Notes under the pieces: model-generated
Databases searched by the model: none
Told to the model about the DNA's origin: nothing
The model's input: only the letters and a program-made list of their open reading frames with translations
In this document: positions 34,056 to 42,792 of the stretch, piece by piece
Numbering within the stretch: the first letter of the stretch is position 1
How the letters are laid out: every line of letters begins with the position of its first letter
DNA from: a virus
Virus genome (UHGV): UHGV-0039449
Strand: one strand, 5' to 3'
DNA: 44,033 nt
Position numbers and translations under genes: made by a program

Positions 34056-36425
34056 ATGACGGTCTCAACCGAAGTTGACCACAACGAATACACAGGTAAC
34101 GGCGTTACGACATCATTTCCGTATACCTTCCGTATTTTCAAAAAATCCGACCTGGTTGTTCAGGTGGTTGACCTTGATGAAAATATTGCTGTGCTGGCTC
34201 TTGATACTGATTACACAGTAACTGGTGCGGGAGGGTACAACGGCGGTAATGTAATTCTGTCGAAGGCGTTGGCTAACGGTTATCAGATTTCTATATCACG
34301 AGACCTCCCGGTTACGCAGGAAACTGATTTGCGTAATCAGGGTAAGTTCTTTGCAGAAGTGCATGAGGATGCTTTTGATAAGCTAACGATGCTGATTCAG
34401 CAGGTTCGAAGCTGGTTCCGGCTGGCGTTGTGTAAGCCATCCAGTATAGCGAATTGGTATGACGCACTTAATAACTATATTCGTAATCTGAAAGACCCAC
34501 GCGACCCTCAGGATGCAGCTACAAAAAACTATGTAGATACCATTGTATTCTCTAACCTTAGCCGAACTCTCCGAGTTCCTGAGCCAATAAATCAGTTACC
34601 TCCAGCAGCAGTTCGGCGGAATATGATGCCAGCATTTGATAATGATGGTAATGCGATTGTTGTTATTCCTCCATCTGGTTCAGCATCTGATGTGCTTATT
34701 CAGTTAGCAAGTTCTTCCGATGGAAAGGGGGATGCTTTAGTTGCAGTTAAACAACCTTATGCTAATTCTGTAACTATTACTCAACATCAGCACAACACCT
34801 ATCTTCTTACCCCTTACCACTTCGGAGCAAAGGGAGATGGTATTGCAGATGACACTCTTGCCCTAAACCGCTGGTCCAATTGCGGAGCTAAGGTACTCTA
34901 TTGGCCAGCAGGAAAATATCTGGTGAGCCCTACAAATGGTGTTTCTCTGGATATGGATAACTACCATACAGGGGATTCCGCACTGACGGCGTGCGTAACC
35001 GTTCCCTATGGCGTGAAAATTTATACGGCTGGGACAGAAACCCAGTTATGCGTGAAGGATGCTGACTCAGCATCGACCGTAGGTCTGGCCGTTAGCTACC
35101 CGGAGTCAAGTTATTCCCAGGGAGAAACCGACATCGGAAAATTCATGATTCGCCTGGAAAACGGAAATGGTCGGTACGGTATTCTTACTCCACTCAGGGA
35201 GGAAATGTTCACTGCGCACCGGGCGAAGTTCAAATTAGGAGCGCATTTCGGTCCTCAACAGGGGCGTGATGAACTGACGGTGCTACAGTATTCGTGGGTA
35301 AATGGCATGCTGATTGGCGACGCTTTTAGCGGCTCAGTGCATGTCACTGGATACGGCAGCTATAACGTGCAGCAGGTTGAAGGTACGCAATTCCAGTGCG
35401 TGGCCGTTAAGATGAAGTCCGTTCGAGGTAACGTAGGTGTAGACATCAGATTCAACACAAACAACTGGTGGAAGTTTGTCGAACTGAGTGACGGCGTTGA
35501 AGGGTTTGTTGTCAAGGACAGCGAAGGGCTTGGGGCATTTGTTGGAATCGACCTAACCAACCCAGCCAGCGAGCCAGGTGGATTTATCGATAACGTACAC
35601 GTCAACGTTAAGCAAAACGGAGTACGAGCCAGAAACAGGCCATCCCTGCAAATCGGAAACATTGAAGTCTATAAAAGTGATGGATTTGCCACTGACCTTG
35701 TTTACGATGCGGTGCTTCTGGTTGACTGCCAGGAAGTGACTATCAACTCTATTCACGCAATCGTCGGCAACTCAATCACAAATGCTCAGTCAGTAGTTAA
35801 CTCGACAAACAGCACATTCCGCCTGAACTCATACTTTGCGCAAAACATCAGGTTCGTCGATTTTGTGGTTAATAGCCCTGACTGCTATGTCGGAGAGGGG
35901 ACAATTAACCAGGTCGAGGCAGTTCACTCACTTTCTGGATCACAAAGCAACGACTTCCACGGTAGTGATGTTCTGGTTAGATCCTACAGAAACAACGTTC
36001 GCCCACTTTACGCAGTGATGGATTCCGCTTTCAACAGGGCAAGGGCGAGGTTTCCACAAAATACAAGCCTCCAGGTGAGAACCTTTCTCGACTACACTGT
36101 GGCAGCAGCTGGGACTTTAACAATAGAACCAAGGCTTGACCCCTCCAGGTACTACATCATCATGAGTGCTGGTACAAGTGCCTTCACCTATTCAATTGAG
36201 CTGGATAAAGTGTCTGCCGTAGTTGGTGATATTGTTTACATAAAGATAGCCGGGTCATCATCTGCTAACCCAACAGTTTTGGTTAAAAATGGTATTGGTG
36301 GGACAACGCTCAGCACATTCAATAATATCGGTCCGATTCGTTTGAATTGTGCTTACAGATTTAATGAGTCAGGTAACTGGGGGGCCTACTACATTACCCA
36401 AAGCGTTGAAACCTCTTATGGCTAA
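34056..36425 (+). CDS. Tailspike / tail fibre with beta-helix (pectate-lyase-like) domain
   Basis: 789 aa; N-terminus YTGNGVTTSFPYTFRIFKKSDLVV...DYTV typical of phage fibre anchor domains; HFGAKGDGIADDTLALNRW is a pectate-lyase-fold signature. Confidence 0.8.
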   Translation: MTVSTEVDHNEYTGNGVTTSFPYTFRIFKKSDLVVQVVDLDENIAVLALDTDYTVTGAGGYNGGNVILSKALANGYQISISRDLPVTQETDLRNQGKFFAEVHEDAFDKLTMLIQQVRSWFRLALCKPSSIANWYDALNNYIRNLKDPRDPQDAATKNYVDTIVFSNLSRTLRVPEPINQLPPAAVRRNMMPAFDNDGNAIVVIPPSGSASDVLIQLASSSDGKGDALVAVKQPYANSVTITQHQHNTYLLTPYHFGAKGDGIADDTLALNRWSNCGAKVLYWPAGKYLVSPTNGVSLDMDNYHTGDSALTACVTVPYGVKIYTAGTETQLCVKDADSASTVGLAVSYPESSYSQGETDIGKFMIRLENGNGRYGILTPLREEMFTAHRAKFKLGAHFGPQQGRDELTVLQYSWVNGMLIGDAFSGSVHVTGYGSYNVQQVEGTQFQCVAVKMKSVRGNVGVDIRFNTNNWWKFVELSDGVEGFVVKDSEGLGAFVGIDLTNPASEPGGFIDNVHVNVKQNGVRARNRPSLQIGNIEVYKSDGFATDLVYDAVLLVDCQEVTINSIHAIVGNSITNAQSVVNSTNSTFRLNSYFAQNIRFVDFVVNSPDCYVGEGTINQVEAVHSLSGSQSNDFHGSDVLVRSYRNNVRPLYAVMDSAFNRARARFPQNTSLQVRTFLDYTVAAAGTLTIEPRLDPSRYYIIMSAGTSAFTYSIELDKVSAVVGDIVYIKIAGSSSANPTVLVKNGIGGTTLSTFNNIGPIRLNCAYRFNESGNWGAYYITQSVETSYG

Positions 36426-36545
36426 TAGTCATTATCAATATCCTGCAGATGTGACCTAACGACAAGCGTCGCCACGATGACAACCACGGAAAGGATGCCG
36501 ATAACCCACCACATAACTTACCCGCGCAAAATGAATGGATAAAAA

Positions 36546-36755
36546 TCATCCGCTGATTGATCCTAATCTTTGCATATTTTTCGAAGATGTTACGTTTAGT
36601 TGGGCGAAAAAAGCAATTACAGCAATGCCACCTATCGACGTAAGTCCGAAAAAGCAAGGCTCAGGTCTGCCGCTAATTGGGTATTGATGGCTTACAAGGA
36701 CTACAAGTGATGCGATAAGCCTGATCACGTCAAAGCAATTATGTCTGTTATTCAT
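36546..36755 (-). pseudogene. Remnant of an acyltransferase-3 family gene (O-antigen acetylase-like)
   Basis: N-terminal 69 aa (FDVIRLIASLVVLVSHQYPISG) match the start of acyltransferase-3 membrane proteins, then a premature stop; the downstream frame is junk. Confidence 0.4.
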
Positions 36756-36792
36756 ATATCCATACTGTAGGAAATAGCGATACGAAACAATA

Positions 36793-36807
36793 TCACCTCA
36801 CGGGTAA
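36793..36807. promoter_or_regulatory. Palindromic site TCACC-TCACG-GGTAA upstream of the lysis cassette
   Basis: About 105 nt upstream of the putative holin start. Confidence 0.4.
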
Positions 36808-36911
36808 TTTAGAGATAGGTGGACTCATAAAATTTAATTCATATATGGTTTATGTGTATTATAAACCCAATAACCAATGGGGTGGATTATACACAGTAAT
36901 CGGCGGTCTTT

Positions 36912-37316
36912 ATGTCAGTTCAACTAACTAGTGAGTCTTTAAATCAGTGGCTTAGTATGAGTTCTCTTGCGGCAGTAATAGCTGGAGTACCTCCAGAAGT
37001 GGCGTTGGGTTCTTTGGCTGGTGCAGTAATTTTTGTTACCTCTGCTGTAGAATATCCAATCCGCCGCCGGGTGCTCCTGTCGATGCTCAGCTTTCTTTGC
37101 GGTCTTCTCTTTTACAAACCAGCAGCATCAATTCTTATCGGCATAGCCACCCTGATCCCTACCATCACACAGGACTCTTTTGAGAAAGGGATTGTTTTCT
37201 CTGCTGGTGCATTCGTGTCAGCAATCGTCGCAGTTCGAATTGGCATCTGGCTCTATCACCGTTCAGATAATCCACGCGAGTTAATTCCGGGGAGAAAAGA
37301 CGATGGTAACGCATGA
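36912..37316 (+). CDS. Putative holin / membrane protein
   Basis: 134 aa with several predicted TM helices, immediately upstream of the lysis genes; palindromic site 36793-36807 upstream. Confidence 0.45.
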   Translation: MSVQLTSESLNQWLSMSSLAAVIAGVPPEVALGSLAGAVIFVTSAVEYPIRRRVLLSMLSFLCGLLFYKPAASILIGIATLIPTITQDSFEKGIVFSAGAFVSAIVAVRIGIWLYHRSDNPRELIPGRKDDGNA

Positions 37317-37611
37317 GTTTTTTTTGCTTATCACCAATGCAGTTATTTGTACTGGTATAGCAATTCGTGTTGTCACATTCCGGCGTAACGGTTCACAACA
37401 CCGAAGATGGGGAGGGTGGCTTGCTTATTTCCTTATTGTTGCTGCGGCCAGTATTCCTGTTCGTGTCGTCTATGCAATCTGGTTACGCACGCCAATGGCT
37501 GTGGATTTATCTGAGGTCATTATCAACGCTGTCATGCTTGCTGCGGTTCTTAAAACTCGCGGTAACGTCGTTCAGATTTTCAAAATAACGAGGTCTAAAC
37601 ATGGAGATTAA
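37303..37611 (+). CDS. Putative holin or antiholin
   Basis: 102 aa, three predicted TM helices, overlapping the previous gene and ending just after the endolysin start. Confidence 0.45.
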   Translation: MVTHEFFLLITNAVICTGIAIRVVTFRRNGSQHRRWGGWLAYFLIVAAASIPVRVVYAIWLRTPMAVDLSEVIINAVMLAAVLKTRGNVVQIFKITRSKHGD

Positions 37612-38230
37612 ACAATTCCAGCGAGCTGCTGGTATTAGCGAGGCGCTGGCCGCACGCTGGTTCTCGCATATAACTTCTGCTATGAAAGAGTTTGGTATCA
37701 GCAAACCAGAAGATCAGGCAATGTTTATTGCTCAGGTCGGGCATGAGTCTGGGGGCTTCACCAGATTGGAGGAGAATTTCAACTACAGTGTCAGCGGACT
37801 GGCTAACTTCGTTCGGGCTGGGCGTCTCACTCAGGGGCAGGCTAATGCACTGGGGCGCCGTGCTGGTGAACCACCATTGCCACTTGAGCGCCAGCGCGCG
37901 ATCGCAAATCTGGTATACAGCAAACGCATGGGGAACAATGCCCCTGGTGATGGCTGGAATTACCGAGGGCGCGGACTTATCCAGATTACCGGTTTGAATA
38001 ACTATCGTGATTGCGGAAACGGTCTGAAGGTTGACCTGCTGGAGAGCCCTGAACTGCTGGCGCAGGACGAATATGCGGCTCGTAGCGCGGCGTGGTTCTT
38101 CGCCAGCAAAGGATGCATGAAGTATACCGGCGATATTGCACGTGTAACTCTGATTATCAATGGTGGCAGAAACGGTATCGACGACCGGCGTGCGCGGTAC
38201 ATCACAGCAAGTAAGGTACTGGCGGTATGA
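37601..38230 (+). CDS. Endolysin, glycoside hydrolase family 19-like
   Basis: 209 aa; motifs [12 protein letters not shown] and [16 protein letters not shown] typical of GH19 phage endolysins. Confidence 0.8.
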   Translation: MEIKQFQRAAGISEALAARWFSHITSAMKEFGISKPEDQAMFIAQVGHESGGFTRLEENFNYSVSGLANFVRAGRLTQGQANALGRRAGEPPLPLERQRAIANLVYSKRMGNNAPGDGWNYRGRGLIQITGLNNYRDCGNGLKVDLLESPELLAQDEYAARSAAWFFASKGCMKYTGDIARVTLIINGGRNGIDDRRARYITASKVLAV

Positions 38231-38724
38231 TCTGGGCATTTGTAAAAGCATACCGTAAACAGTTACTTATCGTGGCGATGCTTGCTGTTCTGGTCATATC
38301 AGGAGTTGTTGCCTGGAATGTGCACGGCATCCGTCAGTACGATGCCGGGTATGCGCAGGCGAAGGAAGATCAGAAACAGGCTGATGATAAGTTAAGGTCA
38401 CAGCGTGAGCAGGAGAAAACACAAATTGAACGTGAAGCACAATCCCGTATCGATGCGGCGCGTGCTGATGCTGAGTATGCTAATTCCGCTGCTGACAGCA
38501 TGCGCGCCGAGCTTGACAAAACCAGGCGGCTCGCCGAACACTATACCGGATCTTTCCCACCTGGCACGCCAGCCAGCAAGGTCATCGGTGTGCTCGCCGA
38601 CATGCTTGAAGAAAGCAACCGAGTTTACAACGCAACAGCAGCTGAGGCTGAAAAGTATCGTATCGCAGGGGAATTCTGCGAGCAGCAATACGATTCACTG
38701 AAGAAGCAAAAATCGTGGCACTGA
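38227..38724 (+). CDS. i-spanin (Rz-like)
   Basis: 165 aa; N-terminal TM helix then charged coiled coil; overlaps the endolysin stop. Confidence 0.7.
   Translation: MIWAFVKAYRKQLLIVAMLAVLVISGVVAWNVHGIRQYDAGYAQAKEDQKQADDKLRSQREQEKTQIEREAQSRIDAARADAEYANSAADSMRAELDKTRRLAEHYTGSFPPGTPASKVIGVLADMLEESNRVYNATAAEAEKYRIAGEFCEQQYDSLKKQKSWH
38453..38701 (+). CDS. o-spanin (Rz1-like lipoprotein) nested in the +1 frame of the i-spanin gene
   Basis: [17 protein letters not shown] signal plus lipobox, Pro-rich mature part, fully inside the i-spanin ORF. Confidence 0.55.
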   Translation: MRRVLMLSMLIPLLTACAPSLTKPGGSPNTIPDLSHLARQPARSSVCSPTCLKKATEFTTQQQLRLKSIVSQGNSASSNTIH

Positions 38725-38869
38725 TTTCCGGTGACGGTATATAAAACGGTACGGGAAAAGTTGAGGCTTGGAAAAGTGTTATCACTCAATTGTTTATGGT
38801 TGTCGTAAATAATTGAGTGGGAGTAGGACTGGCTATAAATAGTAAATTAAGCCTTTCCAACTAACTTTA

Positions 38870-38901
38870 ATGCCAGTCAGTTTGCTGACTGGCATTTTTT
38901 A
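38870..38901 (+). terminator. Rho-independent terminator after the lysis cassette
   Basis: ATGCCAGTCAG-TTTG-CTGACTGGCAT followed by TTTTTTA. Confidence 0.7.
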
Positions 38902-39120
38902 TTGGTTTTTCATTGAGTGTATGACTTCTATTTTTAAGGCCGTAACTCTATAACATCGGCTATGGCCTAAAGATAAAAGCCATTACCAACAAAATGGCGG
39001 TATTCCAAAACAGTCTAGCCGGAAGTGCTTACAATGAGATCGATCAAATCGACAAATGAGATACTGGCCGTTGTGAGCGCCCGGCAACCGTAGCCGTAGG
39101 GGGCGAATTTAATGGCTTTG

Positions 39121-39897
39121 TTATGAGCCATTGGTAATCGCACCCATGACAATTTGAAAGAGTTCTTCTGCTCGATTAGTGGAGCCAATTGCACCTCTTT
39201 CTCTCGCCATTCTCTTGTGCTCTGGTAGATCTGAGGACGCATAGATCATAAAAGGAGTTTTGTCTCCCATTGCGCGTAATCTTTCTAGTAAGACATAACC
39301 TTCTTGCGCCCCTTCTTTGCGATCCATATCCGAAATAATAGCTGCAAACTTATTTGTTTTTAACAATTCTAAGGCTTCGTCAGTTGAAAGAGCTAAAGCG
39401 AACTCTATTCCCTGTGCCTCAAATGCCTGTCTTTCGTAAACATTATTTTCTGGTCGATCATCCACCCATAAAATACGATTTCGCCATTTTTCATGCTTAC
39501 TCTGCCGTTTTGCATTGGATACAACGTTGACGATTTTTCGCAGTTGGCTTTCAGTGACCCCTGCACTATTTTCAGGCTGTTTTGCTGTGGCGGCGGTCAA
39601 TGATGCTGCTGTAGCTATTTGCGCTCTTAAAAAATTATTTTCATCTTTGAAATCTGACGGCCCGTAAAGCTTATTATGATGTTTCGCAACAAGCCAGAGA
39701 AAGCCAAGAAACACAATGACAGGAAAGAAAACCATGAAATAAATAAGGGGAGCTATATGCTCTGATAAGCCATTACCAAAGCCAACGACGAAAGAGGCAA
39801 ATCCATAAACGAGAACAATAAAGAGTGCAATGATACCAAGAGGGCTTTTGGTAAATCCTATTGCAGTTTCAGCAAATTTCTCTGGTTCCATATCCAT
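39121..39897 (-). CDS. Two-TM membrane protein with C-terminal CheY-like receiver (REC) domain; orphan
   Basis: 258 aa. Two hydrophobic helices, then REC-like hallmarks: ILWVDDRPENN (beta1 acidic pair), AAIISDMDR (beta3 Asp), PFMIYASS (beta4 Ser). Likely start is the third codon, ATG 39891 (GAGG 6 nt upstream). No histidine kinase in the window. Confidence 0.5.
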   Translation of the reverse strand: MDMEPEKFAETAIGFTKSPLGIIALFIVLVYGFASFVVGFGNGLSEHIAPLIYFMVFFPVIVFLGFLWLVAKHHNKLYGPSDFKDENNFLRAQIATAASLTAATAKQPENSAGVTESQLRKIVNVVSNAKRQSKHEKWRNRILWVDDRPENNVYERQAFEAQGIEFALALSTDEALELLKTNKFAAIISDMDRKEGAQEGYVLLERLRAMGDKTPFMIYASSDLPEHKRMARERGAIGSTNRAEELFQIVMGAITNGS

Positions 39898-39984
39898 CCT
39901 CAGTATTGCTCATAACACAGTTAAGTTGTATTAGATCAGACCTGATCTGACAATTACCGGCTATTTATAAAGGTATCTGTCAGA

Positions 39985-40380
39985 TTACATCTGGCTTAAG
40001 TTTTTCTCATCCCAGATGTGCTTTCCATCAAGTAACGTTTCCATCGGCGTTCGGCCACTGCACATTTTTCCCTGATGGGTTCGCTCATTATTATAGTGAA
40101 CCCGCCATTCATCAAGAACCGATTGTAATGCTTCAAGATCATCATATAACTTTTTGCGGAACGTCACCTGATAAAACTCGTTCAGTATCGTTTTATGGAA
40201 CTGCTCGCAGATACTATTGGTCTTAGATGACATTGCTTTCGTTTTCGTATGCTCAATATCATTTATCGCCAGATAAAGCTGGTAATCATGCTGCTCCACT
40301 TTACCGCAATCTCTTGGTGTATTGAGAGGCGGGTTATAAAATAAATACTGATACCATGAGGGCGGATCAATCGTGGTCAT
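39985..40380 (-). pseudogene. DDE transposase remnant (IS481/IS3-like integrase core, internally deleted)
   Basis: 131-aa ORF with no RBS; SKTNSICEQFHKTILNEF and DEWRVHYNNERTHQG resemble the C-terminal motifs of rve-type transposases; N-terminal HTH part missing. Confidence 0.4.
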
Positions 40381-40395
40381 AGTATCAGGTCATTC

Positions 40396-41910
40396 TCATG
40401 GGTTTATTGCGTCCCTGAAGATGACGTCGCTGACCATCTCTCCTCCAAGAAAATCGATCAACATATTCGAGTTTTCAAGGTCTTCTCTGGTCAATGCCCC
40501 GATTGCTTGTCCAACTACTACCTCCCAAGGTTTTTTACACTCAACAATAGCACAGACGAGTTGGCGGATTTTCTTGATCTTCTTGTGACGCAATCGGTCG
40601 TTCGATTCCATTAGTTTTGCAATCAACGCTATGTCGGAGTGTGTTTGATTATCCTCAACCCATTTTTTGGCTGCGTCTACAAATTCCACCCATGTAACAT
40701 TCATTACTGCAAGGCATGAATCAGTCAAAAGAACATTTTCGATAGCGTAGCATCGTAAGCGATAGCGTTTAAGAGGTAGGCGATGTTCAAGCGACTCGTT
40801 GATTACACCATCGCCATCACGAAGGGAAAAGGCGATTGGATTGTCATAGAGTGTACTAAGGAGGTCTACGCAAAAATCCTCAAGTTGACTCTGTTGATCT
40901 ACGCTACCTGCTAGTACGGGAAAGATTTTTATTCGACCCTGTGATGTTCTGGCCGCTTGTTGCCAGACTCGTTCGTCGTCCTCTCCTTCCAAAATTAATG
41001 CAGCGTCTTCGCTAAGAGAAAGCGATAGGGGGTGCCCGAAGAATGGTGCAATCTTTCGAAGTTCATCGCTGGCCGGTATCAATGAGATTTCATTCACTGC
41101 AAAGCTCTTCGTGCCGATTGATACATATGGGGAGGCGGCAAGAGAACAGACGAGCGGGGAACTATGGGTGGATAAGCATATGGCAATACTGTTCGCGTGT
41201 GTTCTAAATTCGTCGAGCATACTGATTATCAGCTTGCCCAGTCTAGCTTGGAGGTCGGGGTGCAGATGTACATCAGGCTCATCGAGGAGGAGTACGTTGA
41301 ATTTCTCCGGATCTATTGTGTCGAAGAAATAGATGATTTCCGCGGCTAATGCAACCGCTTCCGATTCACCGCTACTGATTTGGGCCGGATCAATAATCTG
41401 ACCATCTACAAGTGATCGAAACTCATAATCGACATTACCCATCTCGAGCGAAATGTTAGTGAGAAGCTGATTAATTTTACTTAATCGGTCTGTCTGAAAG
41501 TTTCGCGTTAGATCAGTTCGAATTTCCGGAGTATTGGCAAGTCGACGTAAGTAAAGCGTCTCGGCCTCGCGAAATAGCATAGCCGATGCAGCTTTGAAGT
41601 TGCTTGCCTGATTAACTGCCCGAGTGTGCCTCAGCCATTCGGGGTTGTCGCTCATATTTGTGAGGACGGTGCCATCACGCTTGAACGATCCTGCTCGCTC
41701 TGGACTTACATACCGGACATAAAATTGCTGCTTGTTCTGGCTGATTGTTTGTTCGATATCACGAAGGAAACGACTTTTTCCCGCACCGTTTCGGCCCATA
41801 ATTATGTTGATGTTGTTTAAGCCGTAAAGTCGGCCAATTTGGCTAGATAACTCGCTTACTTTCAAGATTGTAACTCCATTTTTTGTTGCCACATACGATA
41901 TCAAATACAC
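40396..41910 (-). CDS. OLD-family ABC-type ATPase fused to a Toprim/DUF4435-like nuclease domain (OLD / PARIS AriAB-like)
   Basis: Walker A GRNGAGKS; signature-like ISSGESE; Walker B/D-loop VLLLDEPDVHLHP; H-loop STHS; C-terminal LILEGEDDE ... LRDGDG ... CYAIENVLL as in Toprim/DUF4435. Start may be TTG 41865 (GGAG 8 nt upstream) rather than GTG 41910. Confidence 0.65.
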   Translation of the reverse strand: MYLISYVATKNGVTILKVSELSSQIGRLYGLNNINIIMGRNGAGKSRFLRDIEQTISQNKQQFYVRYVSPERAGSFKRDGTVLTNMSDNPEWLRHTRAVNQASNFKAASAMLFREAETLYLRRLANTPEIRTDLTRNFQTDRLSKINQLLTNISLEMGNVDYEFRSLVDGQIIDPAQISSGESEAVALAAEIIYFFDTIDPEKFNVLLLDEPDVHLHPDLQARLGKLIISMLDEFRTHANSIAICLSTHSSPLVCSLAASPYVSIGTKSFAVNEISLIPASDELRKIAPFFGHPLSLSLSEDAALILEGEDDERVWQQAARTSQGRIKIFPVLAGSVDQQSQLEDFCVDLLSTLYDNPIAFSLRDGDGVINESLEHRLPLKRYRLRCYAIENVLLTDSCLAVMNVTWVEFVDAAKKWVEDNQTHSDIALIAKLMESNDRLRHKKIKKIRQLVCAIVECKKPWEVVVGQAIGALTREDLENSNMLIDFLGGEMVSDVIFRDAINP

Positions 41911-42169
41911 TAACTGAATAGGTGCGTTGATGCCTCATTTTGTTCACATCTATGTTGAAATTAGTGATGTGACCGAGCTAAGGACTCTATTAGGAGTAGA
42001 GCGGCCATATTGTTCGTCTGAACAGCCTGTAGACAGCTCTATTATTGAGACATGGTATTTTTCGTGGTATCTGCTAAGTGGTTTGTTTCAATGCATTGAT
42101 TTATTTATATTTTATTTTCTCATTGATAGCTGAGTGGGAATGATTTTGATCCCTGCACTATGAATGAAC

Positions 42170-42199
42170 AAAACCCTCTGTTACTACAGAGGGTTTTTT
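42170..42199. terminator. Hairpin terminator at the island/host boundary, downstream of yfgI
   Basis: AAAACCCTCTG-TTACTACA-GAGGGTTTTTT, with A/T runs on both sides. Confidence 0.6.
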
Positions 42200-42237
42200 A
42201 TCTTCAAGAATTATAGGCTTGAAGTTACTTACATCGA

Positions 42238-42777
42238 TTAATTAAACCAGCTGTCCGATTTGTTCTCTTCTGCTTTACCCACGCTTTTCATCAGATCGCG
42301 ACCGCCTTCAGTCATATTTCTGTTTGCGTCAGCTTCAGATTGCACCACATCGGTTTGCGCAGCTTTGTGCTTCAGTTCCTGATCGATAAATTCGTTTTCG
42401 CGCTTGACGCGGGCTTCTTCTTTCGCCAGCGCCAGTTTTTGTTTCTGAATCTCTAAGCTACGTAGCTCATCTTCATAACTTTGATCGCGTTTTTTGTCCG
42501 CAGTGGCTTCGGCGTCCAGTTTATCCTGACGAGCTTTCTTATTCGCTGCTGCCGTTGCCGCTCTTTTATTAGCCGCGGCCTGGGCGTTTGCGCGACGTTG
42601 CTTCTCTTGCTGGATTTCCCTGTTGCGCTCCGCGACCCATTCGTCATGCTGCCTTTGCTCTTCATTTTTACCTTGCTGTTCCGCTTCTGCGACAGCCGAG
42701 AGTTGATCCTGCAATGATGAGGCGATAGCCGGATAGCTTAAGGAGGCTAAGATGGCGCAAAGAAAAACTTTCTTCAT
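42238..42777 (-). CDS. yfgI: Host periplasmic protein YfgI-like (signal peptide plus charged coiled coil)
   Basis: 179 aa with MKKVFLCAILASLSYPAIA signal; recognised from memory as E. coli YfgI; adjacent to YfgH- and YfgG-like genes in the same orientation. Confidence 0.55.
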   Translation of the reverse strand: MKKVFLCAILASLSYPAIASSLQDQLSAVAEAEQQGKNEEQRQHDEWVAERNREIQQEKQRRANAQAAANKRAATAAANKKARQDKLDAEATADKKRDQSYEDELRSLEIQKQKLALAKEEARVKRENEFIDQELKHKAAQTDVVQSEADANRNMTEGGRDLMKSVGKAEENKSDSWFN

Positions 42778-42792
42778 GACTCCTCCTGATTA

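Noticed and set aside
36394-36657. 87-aa minus-strand ORF overlapping the end of the tailspike gene
   Set aside because: No RBS, junk-like sequence; it lies in the decayed acyltransferase region and is probably the out-of-frame remainder of that pseudogene.
41927-42133. 68-aa plus-strand ORF in the AT-rich region upstream of the ATPase gene
   Set aside because: Lies in the promoter region of the divergent ATPase gene, has no RBS and an aromatic-rich junk-like composition.
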